Notes: a model not told the origin generated them from the letters alone. A stretch of DNA of 64,000 nt from an uncultured delta proteobacterium (GCA_963745035.1 CAVUVW010000008.1:25227-89226), one strand, 5' to 3'; shown: positions 47,304 through 57,381, numbered from the stretch's first letter. A program made the numbers and translations.

Positions 47304-48395
47304 ATGCTGACGCCGAATGTCAAAACGGACGTGATCGATGCGGACGCGCACGTCGTAGAGAACGAGCGCGTATGGGATTACCTCGAGGCCGGCGACAAAA
47401 AATATCGCCCTACGCTAGTGGCCGAGCCGGATCATCCCGAGCGCCAGCATTGGATTCTCGACGGCGAGGATCTCGGTCCCAAGTTTCCCTCGCCTGACGA
47501 GAAGCAATCCGAAGAGCATGTCAAACGATTCGGCCGTGAAGTGGGCACTCCGGTGCAGGCCCGGGAGCTTAGCGATGTAACCCGCCGGCTGAGACACATG
47601 GACGCGTTGGGCATCGACGTGCAAGTGCTCTACAACTCGCTCTGGCTCCGGCCCCTCACGCGCCGCCCGGAAGCAGAGATCGCGCTGTGCTGGAGCTGGA
47701 ACCGCTGGTTGGCCGATGTCTGGAAACTCGGTGAGAACCGCTTACGCTGGACCTGTGTCGTTCCGGCGTTGACCCCGAGCGAAGCCGCGCCGCAAATTCG
47801 CTTCGCCAAAGAACACGGCGCGGTCGGCGTCTGCGTGCGCCCCTTCGAAAGGGGCAGGCTGATGACGGAGCCGTTTTATTATCCCATTTACGACGAGGCC
47901 GAGCGCCTCGACATACCAGTGACCGTGCACATCGCCAACGGCAATCCCGAGCTGTTCAAATTGCTGAACAACGATGCCGGCGGCGGCTTCTCGACATTTC
48001 GCGTCCCGACCGTCACAGCGTGCTATGCGCTGATCATGAGCGAGATTCCGCGGGCCTTCCCCAAGCTGCGCTGGGGTTTCATCGAGACCTCGAGCCAGTG
48101 GGTGCCCTGGGTCGTTCACGAAGCCGTGCGGCGCTCCTTGGGAGGCGAACACCCGGTCTCGAAGAGCTGCTTCCGCGACTACGGGATCTATGTTTCTACG
48201 CAGACCGATGACGACTTTGCTTATGTGATCTCTTACGCGGGCGAGGAAAATCTCGTGATCGGCACCGACTACGGGCACGGCGATACTTCGAGCGAGCTCA
48301 ACGCCATTTCCCGGTTCAAAGCGATGGAGGGCCTCGACCCACAGGTCAAACGGAAAATTCTTTCCGACAATCCCAGACGATTTTACGGGATTTGA
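47304..48395 (+). CDS. Amidohydrolase_2 family protein
   Basis: IDADAHVVE, MDALGIDVQV, IGTDYGH, ILSDNPRRFY. Confidence 0.9.
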   Translation: MLTPNVKTDVIDADAHVVENERVWDYLEAGDKKYRPTLVAEPDHPERQHWILDGEDLGPKFPSPDEKQSEEHVKRFGREVGTPVQARELSDVTRRLRHMDALGIDVQVLYNSLWLRPLTRRPEAEIALCWSWNRWLADVWKLGENRLRWTCVVPALTPSEAAPQIRFAKEHGAVGVCVRPFERGRLMTEPFYYPIYDEAERLDIPVTVHIANGNPELFKLLNNDAGGGFSTFRVPTVTACYALIMSEIPRAFPKLRWGFIETSSQWVPWVVHEAVRRSLGGEHPVSKSCFRDYGIYVSTQTDDDFAYVISYAGEENLVIGTDYGHGDTSSELNAISRFKAMEGLDPQVKRKILSDNPRRFYGI

Positions 48396-48416
48396 GATAA
48401 ATTCGAATCTGACGTC

Positions 48417-48458
48417 TTGAACGATTTGAACGGAGCGCAGCGATTGAACGTCTTGAAC
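48417..48458. repeat. TTGAAC repeat family copy
   Basis: TTGAAC at 48417/48426/48444/48453 with a GGAGCGCAGCGA core. Confidence 0.8.
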
Positions 48459-48468
48459 ACCCTAACCA

Positions 48469-49674
48469 ATGAAACGAAGCACTGAACGCATTCTCACCAC
48501 CCACGTCGGCAGCCTGCCGCGGCCGGCGGACTTGCGCGCCATGTGGGCGAAAAAAGATGCCACGGCGGAGGACGAAGCGGCGCTGCAAACGCGGCTGCGC
48601 TCAGCCATCGGCGAGGTCGTGCAAGCGCAGAAAGACATCGGCATCGACATTCCCAACGATGGCGAGTTCGGCAAGCCGATGCGCGCGTCCACCGACCGGG
48701 GCGCCTGGGGCAATTACATTTTCGACCGCGTCTCCGGCTTTACGGCGACGTCGGAAAAGACCATCGCGCCCGATACCGCCAAACCCGGCGCGCCGATGCG
48801 CATCGTCGGCGTGCGCTGGGAGCAGCGCGAGTTCGCCGAATTTTACGCCGACACCGGCTTAGGCGCGCCCAGCACCGCCGCCTTGCGCCCGACTTGCACC
48901 GGCCCGCTCGCTTACACCGCAGAGCAATTTCTCCGCGACCAGCTCGTCAACTTGAAGCTCGCCGCCAACGCCGCCGGCGTCGAAGAGACCTTCGTCAGCG
49001 CGATTGCGCCCGGCAGCCTGGAGATGTTCTGCCGCGATCAGAACAGCTACTACCCGACCACGGAGAAATTCTTGGAAGCGATTGCCGATGCGATGCGCGA
49101 AGAGTATCGCGCCATCGTCGACGCCGGCTTCATCCTCCAGCTCGACGACCCCGGTCTCCCCGGCGCCTGGGACATGCTCGATCCCCAGCCGAGCGTCGAA
49201 GACTACCGGCGCTACGCGTCACAACGGGTGGAAATTTTGAATCACGCGCTGGAAGGCATCCCGGTCGATCGCGTGCGCTATCACATCTGCTGGGGCAGCT
49301 GGCATGGTCCGCACACTACAGATTTTCCGCTGCGCGACATAGTCGACGTCATGCTCCGCGTCAATGCTCAGGCGTACTTGATCGAAGCCGGCAACGTCCG
49401 CCACGAACATGAATACAAAGTCTGGCGCGACGTGAAACTCCCCGCCGGGAAGATCCTGATTCCGGGCGTCGTCAGTCACTCCACCGATCTCGTCGAGCAC
49501 CCAGAGCTGGTAGCCGATCGCCTCATCCAGTTCGCTGAAATCGTCGGCCGAGAAAGCGTCATTGCCGGCACCGACTGCGGCCTCGGCGGCCGCGTCCATC
49601 CGCAAATCGCTTGGGCCAAGCTGCGCGCCCTGCGCGACGGCGCGGCGCTCGCGAGCAAGAAGTTGTGGAGTTAA
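48469..49674 (+). CDS. Cobalamin-independent methionine synthase II / epoxyalkane:CoM transferase-like protein
   Basis: TTHVGSLPRP, DGEFGK, QLDDP, HICWGSW, TDCGLGGR. Confidence 0.88.
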   Translation: MKRSTERILTTHVGSLPRPADLRAMWAKKDATAEDEAALQTRLRSAIGEVVQAQKDIGIDIPNDGEFGKPMRASTDRGAWGNYIFDRVSGFTATSEKTIAPDTAKPGAPMRIVGVRWEQREFAEFYADTGLGAPSTAALRPTCTGPLAYTAEQFLRDQLVNLKLAANAAGVEETFVSAIAPGSLEMFCRDQNSYYPTTEKFLEAIADAMREEYRAIVDAGFILQLDDPGLPGAWDMLDPQPSVEDYRRYASQRVEILNHALEGIPVDRVRYHICWGSWHGPHTTDFPLRDIVDVMLRVNAQAYLIEAGNVRHEHEYKVWRDVKLPAGKILIPGVVSHSTDLVEHPELVADRLIQFAEIVGRESVIAGTDCGLGGRVHPQIAWAKLRALRDGAALASKKLWS

Positions 49675-49754
49675 ATCCGGGCGGGCTCAGGCGATCCTGA
49701 TCACACTTGCCAGATTGCCTCCGTTGTCGTTTCACACTGGTGCAAGGTGACCAC

Positions 49755-51128
49755 ATGAGAGAAGATTCAACGGACACGGCCAGCAAGCCCGCGCTCAAGC
49801 GCGTCATCGGGCGCGGCATGCTGCTTTGCTTCGTGGTCGGCGATATCCTCGGCGCAGGCATTTACGCGCTCGTCGGCAAAGTGGCCGGGCATGTCGGGGG
49901 CATGCTCTGGCTGCCGTTTTTTCTGGCTTTCGTACTCGCATCACTGACCGCCGCCGCGTACGCCGAGTTGGCGGGCAAGTATTCTCGGGCCTCCGGCGCG
50001 GCGCTCTATGTGCATCAGTCGTTCGGCCTTCCCTTCGTGACGTTCATCGTCGCCTTCGCCGTGATGATGAGCGGCGTCACCTCCGCCAGCGCGGCAGCCA
50101 GGGCTTTCGGCGGCAGTTACCTCGCCGAGTTCGTCACCCTGCCGGTCCTCGTCAGCGCCTTGATCTTCCTCGGCCTCGTCACCTTGGTGAACTTCGTCGG
50201 CATCTCCGAGTCCGTCAAAGTCAATGTCGTTCTGACGGTCATCGAGGCGTTCGGCTTGCTCGTCATCATCGCCATCGGCATCTACGCGCTGTCGATGGGC
50301 CAGGGGAATCCGGCTCGAGCCATGGAATTCAACCCGGCAAGCGGCGCGCTCCTGAGCGTGCTCGGGGGAACGGCGCTGGCCTTCTATGCGCTGCTCGGTT
50401 TTGAGGATTCCGTCAACCTCGCGGAGGAGGCCACGGATCCGCCCAAAGATTTTCCCTTCGCGCTCTTCGGCGGCTTGATCGCCGCCGCGTTGATCTACCT
50501 CGCGGTCGCCTTCACCGCCACCATGCTCGTGGATACACAGACCCTGACAAAGTCCTCCGGGCCGCTGCTCGAGGTGGTCAAGGTTGCGGGCCTGGCATTT
50601 CCGCCCAAGCTGTTCGCCCTGATCGCGCTGCTGGCGGTCAGCAACACCGCATTGATGAATATGATCATGGCGTCGCGCCTGGTGTACGGCATGGCCCGCG
50701 AGCGTGTCGTACCCCCGCTATTTGCCGTCGTGCACCCCACGCGGAGCACGCCGTGGCTGGCAATCCTATTTACCGTCGCCATTGCCGTCGTGCTGGTCGC
50801 GACCGGCGACGTAGGCAACCTCGCCGAGACCACCGTGCTCCTGCTGCTCTGTGTGTTCGCGCTGGTGAACGTGTCCGTGCTGGTGCTGCGCCGTGATCCA
50901 GTCGATCATGAGCATTACCGCGCGCCGACCTGGATGCCAGTGCTCGGCGCAGTGGTCTGTCTGGTACTCATTCTTCCGATCACCGGCCGCGACCCCGCAG
51001 TCTACGCGCGCGCCGGCGTGCTTATTGCGATCGGCATCGCACTGTGGTTCGTCAACCGGATGTTCGTTCAGAGGGCGGAAGCGAGCGGAGTTCCAACTAC
51101 GACGCCGGAGGAAAAGTCCGACCCTTGA
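49755..51128 (+). CDS. APC family amino acid permease
   Basis: GDILGAGIY, YAEL, GFED, SRLVYGMAR; ~12 TM segments. Confidence 0.9.
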   Translation: MREDSTDTASKPALKRVIGRGMLLCFVVGDILGAGIYALVGKVAGHVGGMLWLPFFLAFVLASLTAAAYAELAGKYSRASGAALYVHQSFGLPFVTFIVAFAVMMSGVTSASAAARAFGGSYLAEFVTLPVLVSALIFLGLVTLVNFVGISESVKVNVVLTVIEAFGLLVIIAIGIYALSMGQGNPARAMEFNPASGALLSVLGGTALAFYALLGFEDSVNLAEEATDPPKDFPFALFGGLIAAALIYLAVAFTATMLVDTQTLTKSSGPLLEVVKVAGLAFPPKLFALIALLAVSNTALMNMIMASRLVYGMARERVVPPLFAVVHPTRSTPWLAILFTVAIAVVLVATGDVGNLAETTVLLLLCVFALVNVSVLVLRRDPVDHEHYRAPTWMPVLGAVVCLVLILPITGRDPAVYARAGVLIAIGIALWFVNRMFVQRAEASGVPTTTPEEKSDP

Positions 51129-51229
51129 TTTCCTTTTTGATTTCCTTGTGAACCGCGCCACAATAAAATTGAAGTTCTCAGAACGCGCGGCGTTTAAATG
51201 AATACAAACGCGTCAAAGCGAAAGCATTT

Positions 51230-51985
51230 ATGCCAGACCTGAGCGATGAACTACGACGAAAGGTGGCGGTGTCATGCCGCATCCTCGCGATGGAAGGGTT
51301 GGTTGACGATATTCTCGGTCACGTCAGCGCTCGTATCCCTGATGCTGATGAAATGTGGATCCGGTGCCGAAGTTCAGAAGAGGACGGTGTGCGCTACACA
51401 ACCATCGCCGCCATACAGCGGGTGGACTTTGACGGGAAGGGGTCGCACAAGCAGCAGCAATATCAAGTGCCGAACGAACTGCCCATCCACGGAGAGATTT
51501 ACAAAAACCGGCCATCGGTCGGCTGCGTCATTCATGCCCATCCTAAAGAGGCGCTTATCTGCGGCATTGCCGAACTTGAGTTGCGCCCCATCTTTGGCGC
51601 CTTCACACATCTACCTGCCCTGCGTATGGCGATGGAAGGCATACCGATCTTTCCGCACTCGTATCTGGTAAATAGCCCGGCTCTGGCTGCTCCGCTGATA
51701 AAAATCATGGGAGAGAGATCGGTCTGCCTGATGAAAGGGCACGGCATCACAGTGGCCGGTAAGACCATCGAGGAAGCGACAGTTCGAGCCCTTCTTTTTA
51801 ACACGTTGGCGAGAGTCACATTGCAAGTAGCTCAGCTAGGCCGAAAAGCGTCGGACATCTCGGCTGACGACATCGCAAAACTTCCGGACTTGGGCTCCAC
51901 GTTCACGGATATTTGGGTGTGGCGCTACTACGCGAGAAAGCTGAAAGAAGAAGATATCCGTCTAAGCACCCGACTCGATGACTAA
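51230..51985 (+). CDS. Class II aldolase/adducin family protein
   Basis: GHVSAR, ELPIHGEIY, VIHAHP, LMKGHG. Confidence 0.9.
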   Translation: MPDLSDELRRKVAVSCRILAMEGLVDDILGHVSARIPDADEMWIRCRSSEEDGVRYTTIAAIQRVDFDGKGSHKQQQYQVPNELPIHGEIYKNRPSVGCVIHAHPKEALICGIAELELRPIFGAFTHLPALRMAMEGIPIFPHSYLVNSPALAAPLIKIMGERSVCLMKGHGITVAGKTIEEATVRALLFNTLARVTLQVAQLGRKASDISADDIAKLPDLGSTFTDIWVWRYYARKLKEEDIRLSTRLDD

Positions 51986-52313
51986 CGTGTTCATGTATCA
52001 GGTAGGCGAGTACTTCCGCACGTCGGGTGGAAGAAAACTTGAACACTGTGGACCGTTGCTACTCGGCTTCGACCACGCTCTGCTGCGCGTACTCGCTATC
52101 GGAAGATGGCGCCGCCGCCTCAGTGCTCAGGCCGGTGGGGGCGCTTAGCCGACGTCTTCACCAAAGCCGGCTGCGATCAGTAAAGAAGGGCCAAGGCGAC
52201 GCCGTTTAACGAAGGTTAGAGTCAAGTTGCCGAAGCTTCGGCAGCGACTGCGGCAGACGCATCGCGCCCATCCGCGAACGGCTGGGCCACACTCCGCGCC
52301 AAGTTTCATCACC

Positions 52314-53207
52314 CTACGGCTCCAATTGGAATCGCCTGCCCGGAGGAGTCCCCGCCATATACTCCACAAGGTTCGTGCGCGGGACCGAGGCGCCGCTGCA
52401 AACCTTGTGAATCTTTATCAACTGCGTGGGCTCGTCCCAGTCGCTCTTCGACTCGCACGTGACTTTTGTGCACGCGCTCTTCTTTAACCAAGAGCACACT
52501 GTGACCGGGCGGCTGGCTGCATCCACCAGCTCGGTCTTATACCAGGTGCCGAGTTTGTCCGTGCCATCCTCCAAGTGCACGGCCGGCAACACTGTGTAGA
52601 CGGCGCCGCCGATCTCCACCAAGCTCAGCACCTTCTCGAGGAATCGCGACAAATTTTCCGTGTAAGTGAAGCCGCCGTACACATCGGTGATGAGCTGGAA
52701 TTTGCCAAGCTCCTCGGGCGAATACTCCCGCAGGCGCTTGCCGGAGAGATACCGGAGGCGGTCATCGTCGAGACTGGCGGCCTGCTGTTTCCATTTGTCC
52801 GTCCGCCGATCCTCGATGGAAATCGCGACCGCGCGCGCCTTGGCACCGGATCCGCCGCATTTTTCAGGAGCCGCATGGTCTTGCGGTGCGTAGTAGTCCA
52901 GTATGGCCTGCCCCTCCCCCGCGCCGATATCCAGCCATCGGTCCGAGCTGCCGAGCCTACCGAGCGCATCGCAGAAGCCGGTGGGAAGAACCTCCGCGTA
53001 GTTCGACAGCCGTCGGTTCGCGGTGTAGCTCCCCGCACCCTGTCTGCGGTAAATTTTCTCCTGCTTGGCGAATTCCTGGTCGATCCGCGGTTGCACGGGT
53101 TCCTGTACCCAGTCAGCTCCAAGCGACTGCACGGCGATGACGATCACCACGACTAGGCCTACTGCCGGGATTTTCCACCATTTCGTCGATAGTTTGACTG
53201 AAATCAT
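52314..53207 (-). CDS. Class I SAM-binding-fold protein with N-terminal hydrophobic/signal segment
   Basis: WLDIGAGEG motif I; N-terminal GLVVVIVIAV segment; several Cys. Confidence 0.65.
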   Translation of the reverse strand: MISVKLSTKWWKIPAVGLVVVIVIAVQSLGADWVQEPVQPRIDQEFAKQEKIYRRQGAGSYTANRRLSNYAEVLPTGFCDALGRLGSSDRWLDIGAGEGQAILDYYAPQDHAAPEKCGGSGAKARAVAISIEDRRTDKWKQQAASLDDDRLRYLSGKRLREYSPEELGKFQLITDVYGGFTYTENLSRFLEKVLSLVEIGGAVYTVLPAVHLEDGTDKLGTWYKTELVDAASRPVTVCSWLKKSACTKVTCESKSDWDEPTQLIKIHKVCSGASVPRTNLVEYMAGTPPGRRFQLEP

Positions 53208-53508
53208 GCTTTGCTCCAGTTCTCGGCGTCGTCCTGGAATGCGCGCAACACGTGTTCGCGTTCAAGGACCAGAGTCATTCGCTTCCTACTGATGTCCTGT
53301 ACACTTTCCGGATCTTTGGTCAATACACATACTTGGCCCTATGCCTTGGCCCATGTATGACAACCAGGAGGCTTTGGAGTTGAATTCAGAACTGTTTGTG
53401 CGGGATGAAGCAACCAACCGCAAGGCGACTCGCTACAGATTCCTTGAACTTCGACGAAAATTTCGGTTCCCCCCTAACATGGCGGGTTTAAAAAGCTAGA
53501 CTGGTCTT

Positions 53509-53694
53509 ATGAAATACGAAGTGCAGGAATCAGAGGAAACGCGCGCTGCGTTCGTCGTGACAGCGATAGAGCGCGAAGGCGAAGTTTATTCAGCGCTTTT
53601 TTCCGGACCTCGGGCGAAAGAACGGGCGGAAGAATACGCCAAGTGGAAAAACAGCGAAGTGGACACGCCCAAGGTCGCGCCTCAGAGCCGATAA
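53509..53694 (+). CDS. Small hypothetical protein
   Basis: 61 aa; VTAIEREGEVYSALFSGP.AKERAEEYA.W looks protein-like. Confidence 0.55.
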   Translation: MKYEVQESEETRAAFVVTAIEREGEVYSALFSGPRAKERAEEYAKWKNSEVDTPKVAPQSR

Positions 53695-53894
53695 GCTCTG
53701 CCAAGCCCGTGCGTGACTCCGGTCGAACTAAGCCGTTCATCTTGGTGCAATCGCCTTCTGATGCGTTCCGAGAGCAGCCGGTTCTGCCCTTCTACAACGC
53801 GGCGCAAGTAAAAGCGTCGATCGCGCGGAAATGTCAGTAACACATTCGTGCGATAGCAGCGAAGAACCAGCTCAGGTCATCCCTTCCGGCTTTT

Positions 53895-54224
53895 TCACTT
53901 TCGCAGCGCAGCTATCAGCAGGTCGGCAACCGCACCGCCGGAGGCTGGATTTTGACCGGTGATGAGCCTTGTGTCTTCGATGGCGAAAGGAGCCCATGGC
54001 TGATCCGCTTTCCTATAGGTCGCTCCTCGCGAGACTAATTCGCTTTCCGTCAAGAAAGGAACGAACTTGTCCAGCTCGGCAAGTTTTTCCTCCTCGTTCG
54101 AAAAGCCTGTGACCTTTTTATTTTTGATCAGCAGCGCTCCGTCCGACAATTTGATATTGAGCAAGCCCACGGCGCCGTGGCACACCGAGGAAACATACCC
54201 ACCGTTTTCGTAAATCTTTCGAAG
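53895..54224 (-). pseudogene. 5'-truncated DJ-1/PfpI (Hsp31-like) gene
   Basis: IYENGGYVSSVCHG, VTGFSNEEE, LITGQNPAS; N-terminal half absent. Confidence 0.8.
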
Positions 54225-54302
54225 GAAGGGTTCGGTGCTCTCTTCCCTTCCTCATTTGATGTTTTCGGAATTGCGAAAATATGAAAGTTCGTTCGCCACA
54301 GG

Positions 54303-54590
54303 CTATCCGTAGATAAGAGCTCCCACGATCACGGCAAGATCCAGGACGATCCAGCCAATACATGGCAAATAGATATTCTTGTCTTGTTTCTGTGCTCCGA
54401 ACCAGAACCAGAGGACGGCGGAAAGCAAATAAGCTCTCCAGGTGAATATAGAGACCCCGGCTGCTTGATGACGAACCCATATGGTGAGGACCTGTGGAAT
54501 GGTCATCAGGAGGTGAAAATCGACATGCCTCCTAGCACGCGACGCAATTTCGCCTCGTAAATGGAAGCGTGAACGTCTGTACCCGTAGGA
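54303..54590 (-). CDS. Small PQ-loop/SemiSWEET-like membrane protein (frameshift ~54512; start approximate)
   Basis: ..GGMSIFT-LLMTIPQVLTIW...GVS..TW.AY; three TM segments. Confidence 0.55.
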   Translation of the reverse strand, partial: SYGYRRSRFHLRGEIASRARRHVDFHLLMTIPQVLTIWVRHQAAGVSIFTWRAYLLSAVLWFWFGAQKQDKNIYLPCIGWIVLDLAVIVGALIYG

Positions 54591-54789
54591 TTTGCCTGCA
54601 TCGTCGCCTCCCATTAGGGATCGATCACTCTGAAGTATCGAAGAGGTGAACTGACTGGCAGAGATTATCTTGTTCCATGGTTCTCATCTATGCAAACCGC
54701 CGCCGTGTCAGACTGCCTAAGTCTACTGATCTTTGAATGTTGATTGTTGGACGGGTCAGTAGTAAGCGCAAGCTACGGAGGGCACCTTG

Positions 54790-55338
54790 ATGATCGCGAA
54801 CGATATCTTGCTTGACGCGTTTACACGCGTCCACGAGTCGCTGCACCGCACGTTGGGCGACATTACGCCGGAGGAACTGGCTAAAGAGCCGCATCCGTCG
54901 ATCGGATGGCTTGCCTGGCGCATCAGTCGAGTCATGGACGCCAATGTCGCCCGGCTTTCCGGCCGCGAGCAGCTGTGGATCGGCGAAGGATGGGCTGGCC
55001 GCTTCGGTATGCCGCCCGAACCGGCGGATTATGGGCGATCGGCCAGACACACGCGCGAACAAGTCAAATCTTTCCGCGCTTCTGCGCAGCAACTCCTCGA
55101 CTACCAGGATGCGACGTACGAGCGGATGAAAACATTTCTTAACTCAGTATCCGCCGACGAGCTCGCGCGAGAGCTCGATGAACCGCAATATGACCCGCGG
55201 CCAACTGTAGCTGTGCGCCTGGTCAGCGTCTTGGAGAATGCCATGACCAACGAGGGACAGATCAGTTATCTGAAAGCCTACCACCGCCTCGGCGGCTGGT
55301 TCCCGCGCGAGTCCAAGGATCCGGCGAGCGTCCGCTAG
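54790..55338 (+). CDS. DinB family protein
   Basis: SIGWLAW, EQLWI..GW..RF, RLVSV, GQI.YL pattern; RBS GGAGGG. Confidence 0.75.
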   Translation: MIANDILLDAFTRVHESLHRTLGDITPEELAKEPHPSIGWLAWRISRVMDANVARLSGREQLWIGEGWAGRFGMPPEPADYGRSARHTREQVKSFRASAQQLLDYQDATYERMKTFLNSVSADELARELDEPQYDPRPTVAVRLVSVLENAMTNEGQISYLKAYHRLGGWFPRESKDPASVR

Positions 55339-55395
55339 CAGGCCGCTGCAGACTCGTAACCTGAACCTCTTGCGTCCTTCGTCTCACCCGGAAAT

Positions 55396-56484
55396 ATGAA
55401 AGCCGTTCGCATTCACGACTTTGGTTCCGCGGAGGTGCTTCAGTACGAAGAAGTTCCGATTCCGGAGCCCGGGCCCGACGAACTTTTAATCAAGGTCGAA
55501 ACGGCTTCGCTCAACAGGGCGGATTTGGCTCTGCGCAAGGGCGCCTATCGCATGGCTCCAGAGAAGCTGCCGATCATCCCTGGCCGAGAGTTTGCGGGAG
55601 CCATTGCCAAGCTCGGCGCTGCAATTCAGGAATTCGAGGTTGGCCAGCGAGTCGTGGCGTGCCCCGGCAAGGGAGGCTATGCAGAGTATGCGCTCGCCAA
55701 GATCTCGGAGACTCTTCCAATTCCCGACGGCGTCGATACGGCAGCCGCGGCAGCGATGCCCACCGTATTTCTCACCGCGTGGTTCGCTTTGGTGACGGAT
55801 GGCAAACTAAAAGCCGGCGAGTGGGTGCTCGTGCAGGCCGGCAGCAGCGGTGTCGGCATGGCCGCGATCCAAATCGCCAAGCATCTCGGCGCGAAGGTTA
55901 TCGCGACGTCAAGCAGTGATGAAAAATGCAAAAGGTTGCGCCAACTCGGAGCCGACGAGGCGATCGACTACACCAAGCAAGGTCTGTTCACGGAAGTGAT
56001 GCGCATCACCACCCCGTCCGAGGGTCGGGATCGGTATCAGGAGCGTCTGAACCCCGACGTCATGGAGGGCGTCAATGTGCTTCGCGGCTTGGGCATTGAC
56101 CCCGCGGCTCGTCGACGGCAATTTCCTCCGTATCGCGGCGTCGATGTCGTACTCGAGATGATCGGCGGCGACATCTACCAGAAGAGCTTACAAGTCCTGG
56201 CGCCGGGCGGCCGCTTGGTTTCACTCGGCGGGGCCTTCGGCCCAGTACCGGACCCACCGCCTTCTCTGGCCGACGGGCGCAAGGCGAGCCGCTTCTCCCT
56301 CACGAACCATCTCAGGGCAAAACCGGAGGACTTCCGCGAGCTGGCTAATCTCCTAAAGCTCGTCCAAGAAAAAAAGTTTCAGGTGATCATCGATCGGAGT
56401 TTTCCCCTCGCCGAGGCCCGGGACGCGCAGCGCCATCTCGAAGGACGCGGCCACTTCGGCAAGGTCGTACTCAAGATGAGCTGA
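55396..56484 (+). CDS. Zinc-binding alcohol dehydrogenase / quinone oxidoreductase family, with internal insertion
   Basis: LNRAD, PGREFAG, GGYAEY, AGSSGVG, GVDVVLE, GKVVL. Confidence 0.9.
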   Translation: MKAVRIHDFGSAEVLQYEEVPIPEPGPDELLIKVETASLNRADLALRKGAYRMAPEKLPIIPGREFAGAIAKLGAAIQEFEVGQRVVACPGKGGYAEYALAKISETLPIPDGVDTAAAAAMPTVFLTAWFALVTDGKLKAGEWVLVQAGSSGVGMAAIQIAKHLGAKVIATSSSDEKCKRLRQLGADEAIDYTKQGLFTEVMRITTPSEGRDRYQERLNPDVMEGVNVLRGLGIDPAARRRQFPPYRGVDVVLEMIGGDIYQKSLQVLAPGGRLVSLGGAFGPVPDPPPSLADGRKASRFSLTNHLRAKPEDFRELANLLKLVQEKKFQVIIDRSFPLAEARDAQRHLEGRGHFGKVVLKMS

Positions 56485-56498
56485 AAGAGAAATGAACT

Positions 56499-56533
56499 GT
56501 TCCAAACGTTCCCAGCGGTTCCAACTGTTCCAA
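56499..56533. repeat. GTTCCA variant of the GTTCAA repeat family
   Basis: GTTCC(A/C) at 56499/56508/56518/56527. Confidence 0.65.
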
Positions 56534-56586
56534 TCGTGTAATCGATACGCCGAGTCAAAAAAGTCGTTGTTGCGTGCGCTGCACTT

Positions 56587-57381
56587 TTATAGCTCGTCAA
56601 TCATCCCTTTGATTCTCGGCCACACTTCACCGCCCTTGGTGCGCATAAGATCGACATAAGCGCGGTTTTCCCATTGTCTGATGGCGCTCTCATAGCTCGA
56701 CCGAGCGCGTATTCGCTCGTACCAGTCCGAGAGTTGCGGGCGTTTTGCGATCCAGTCGAGGAGATTCAGATGATCGAGGCGAATGAGGTAAGGCGTATAA
56801 GCCGCGTCAGCGAGGGAATAGCCGTCATCCGCCAGCCACCGGCTACCGCCGAGTGCTTTTTCCATGTCCGTAAGCAGCGCTTCCCACATGCGCACGGCGG
56901 TTTTGAATTCTCGGGCCTCTACGCCGTTATGAATCACGTCGCGTCGCCGCTCGCGTCTGATCGGATCTGGAATTCTGTTTATCAGAGCGTTGCACGCCTC
57001 CTCTCCCTTCTCGAGATACTGGAAACGAAAGGCGATCCCCATGCTGAGCGTGGCAGTTGCGATATCATGATGGCCCTCGTCGAGCCGTTTGGTCCATAAA
57101 CGCATCTGCGCTCGTGCATGTGAATCCGATGGACGGAGAGACGGGTTTGGGTACTCATCGTCGAGGTATTCCATGATCACGGTGGATTCCCGCACGACTT
57201 TGCCCTTGTCGACGATGGTCGGGACGACGCCTCTGGGATTGAGCTTCAAATATTCGGGTTTTTGCTGATCGCCTGCCCTGAGATCGAGATGGCGGCTCTC
57301 CCAGGCCAGCGCCTTTTCCGCGAGCGTCAGGCGGACTTTCTGGGCACATGTCGACATATCATTGTGATAAAGCTCCAACAT
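56587..57381 (-). CDS. Glutathione S-transferase family protein
   Basis: STCAQKVR, LNPRGVVPT, ESTVIMEYLD, YSLAD. Confidence 0.9.
   Translation of the reverse strand: MLELYHNDMSTCAQKVRLTLAEKALAWESRHLDLRAGDQQKPEYLKLNPRGVVPTIVDKGKVVRESTVIMEYLDDEYPNPSLRPSDSHARAQMRLWTKRLDEGHHDIATATLSMGIAFRFQYLEKGEEACNALINRIPDPIRRERRRDVIHNGVEAREFKTAVRMWEALLTDMEKALGGSRWLADDGYSLADAAYTPYLIRLDHLNLLDWIAKRPQLSDWYERIRARSSYESAIRQWENRAYVDLMRTKGGEVWPRIKGMIDEL

Noticed and set aside
56011-56133. QOR insertion as an intein
   Set aside because: Far too short and lacks the C-terminal HN-C/S/T splice motif.
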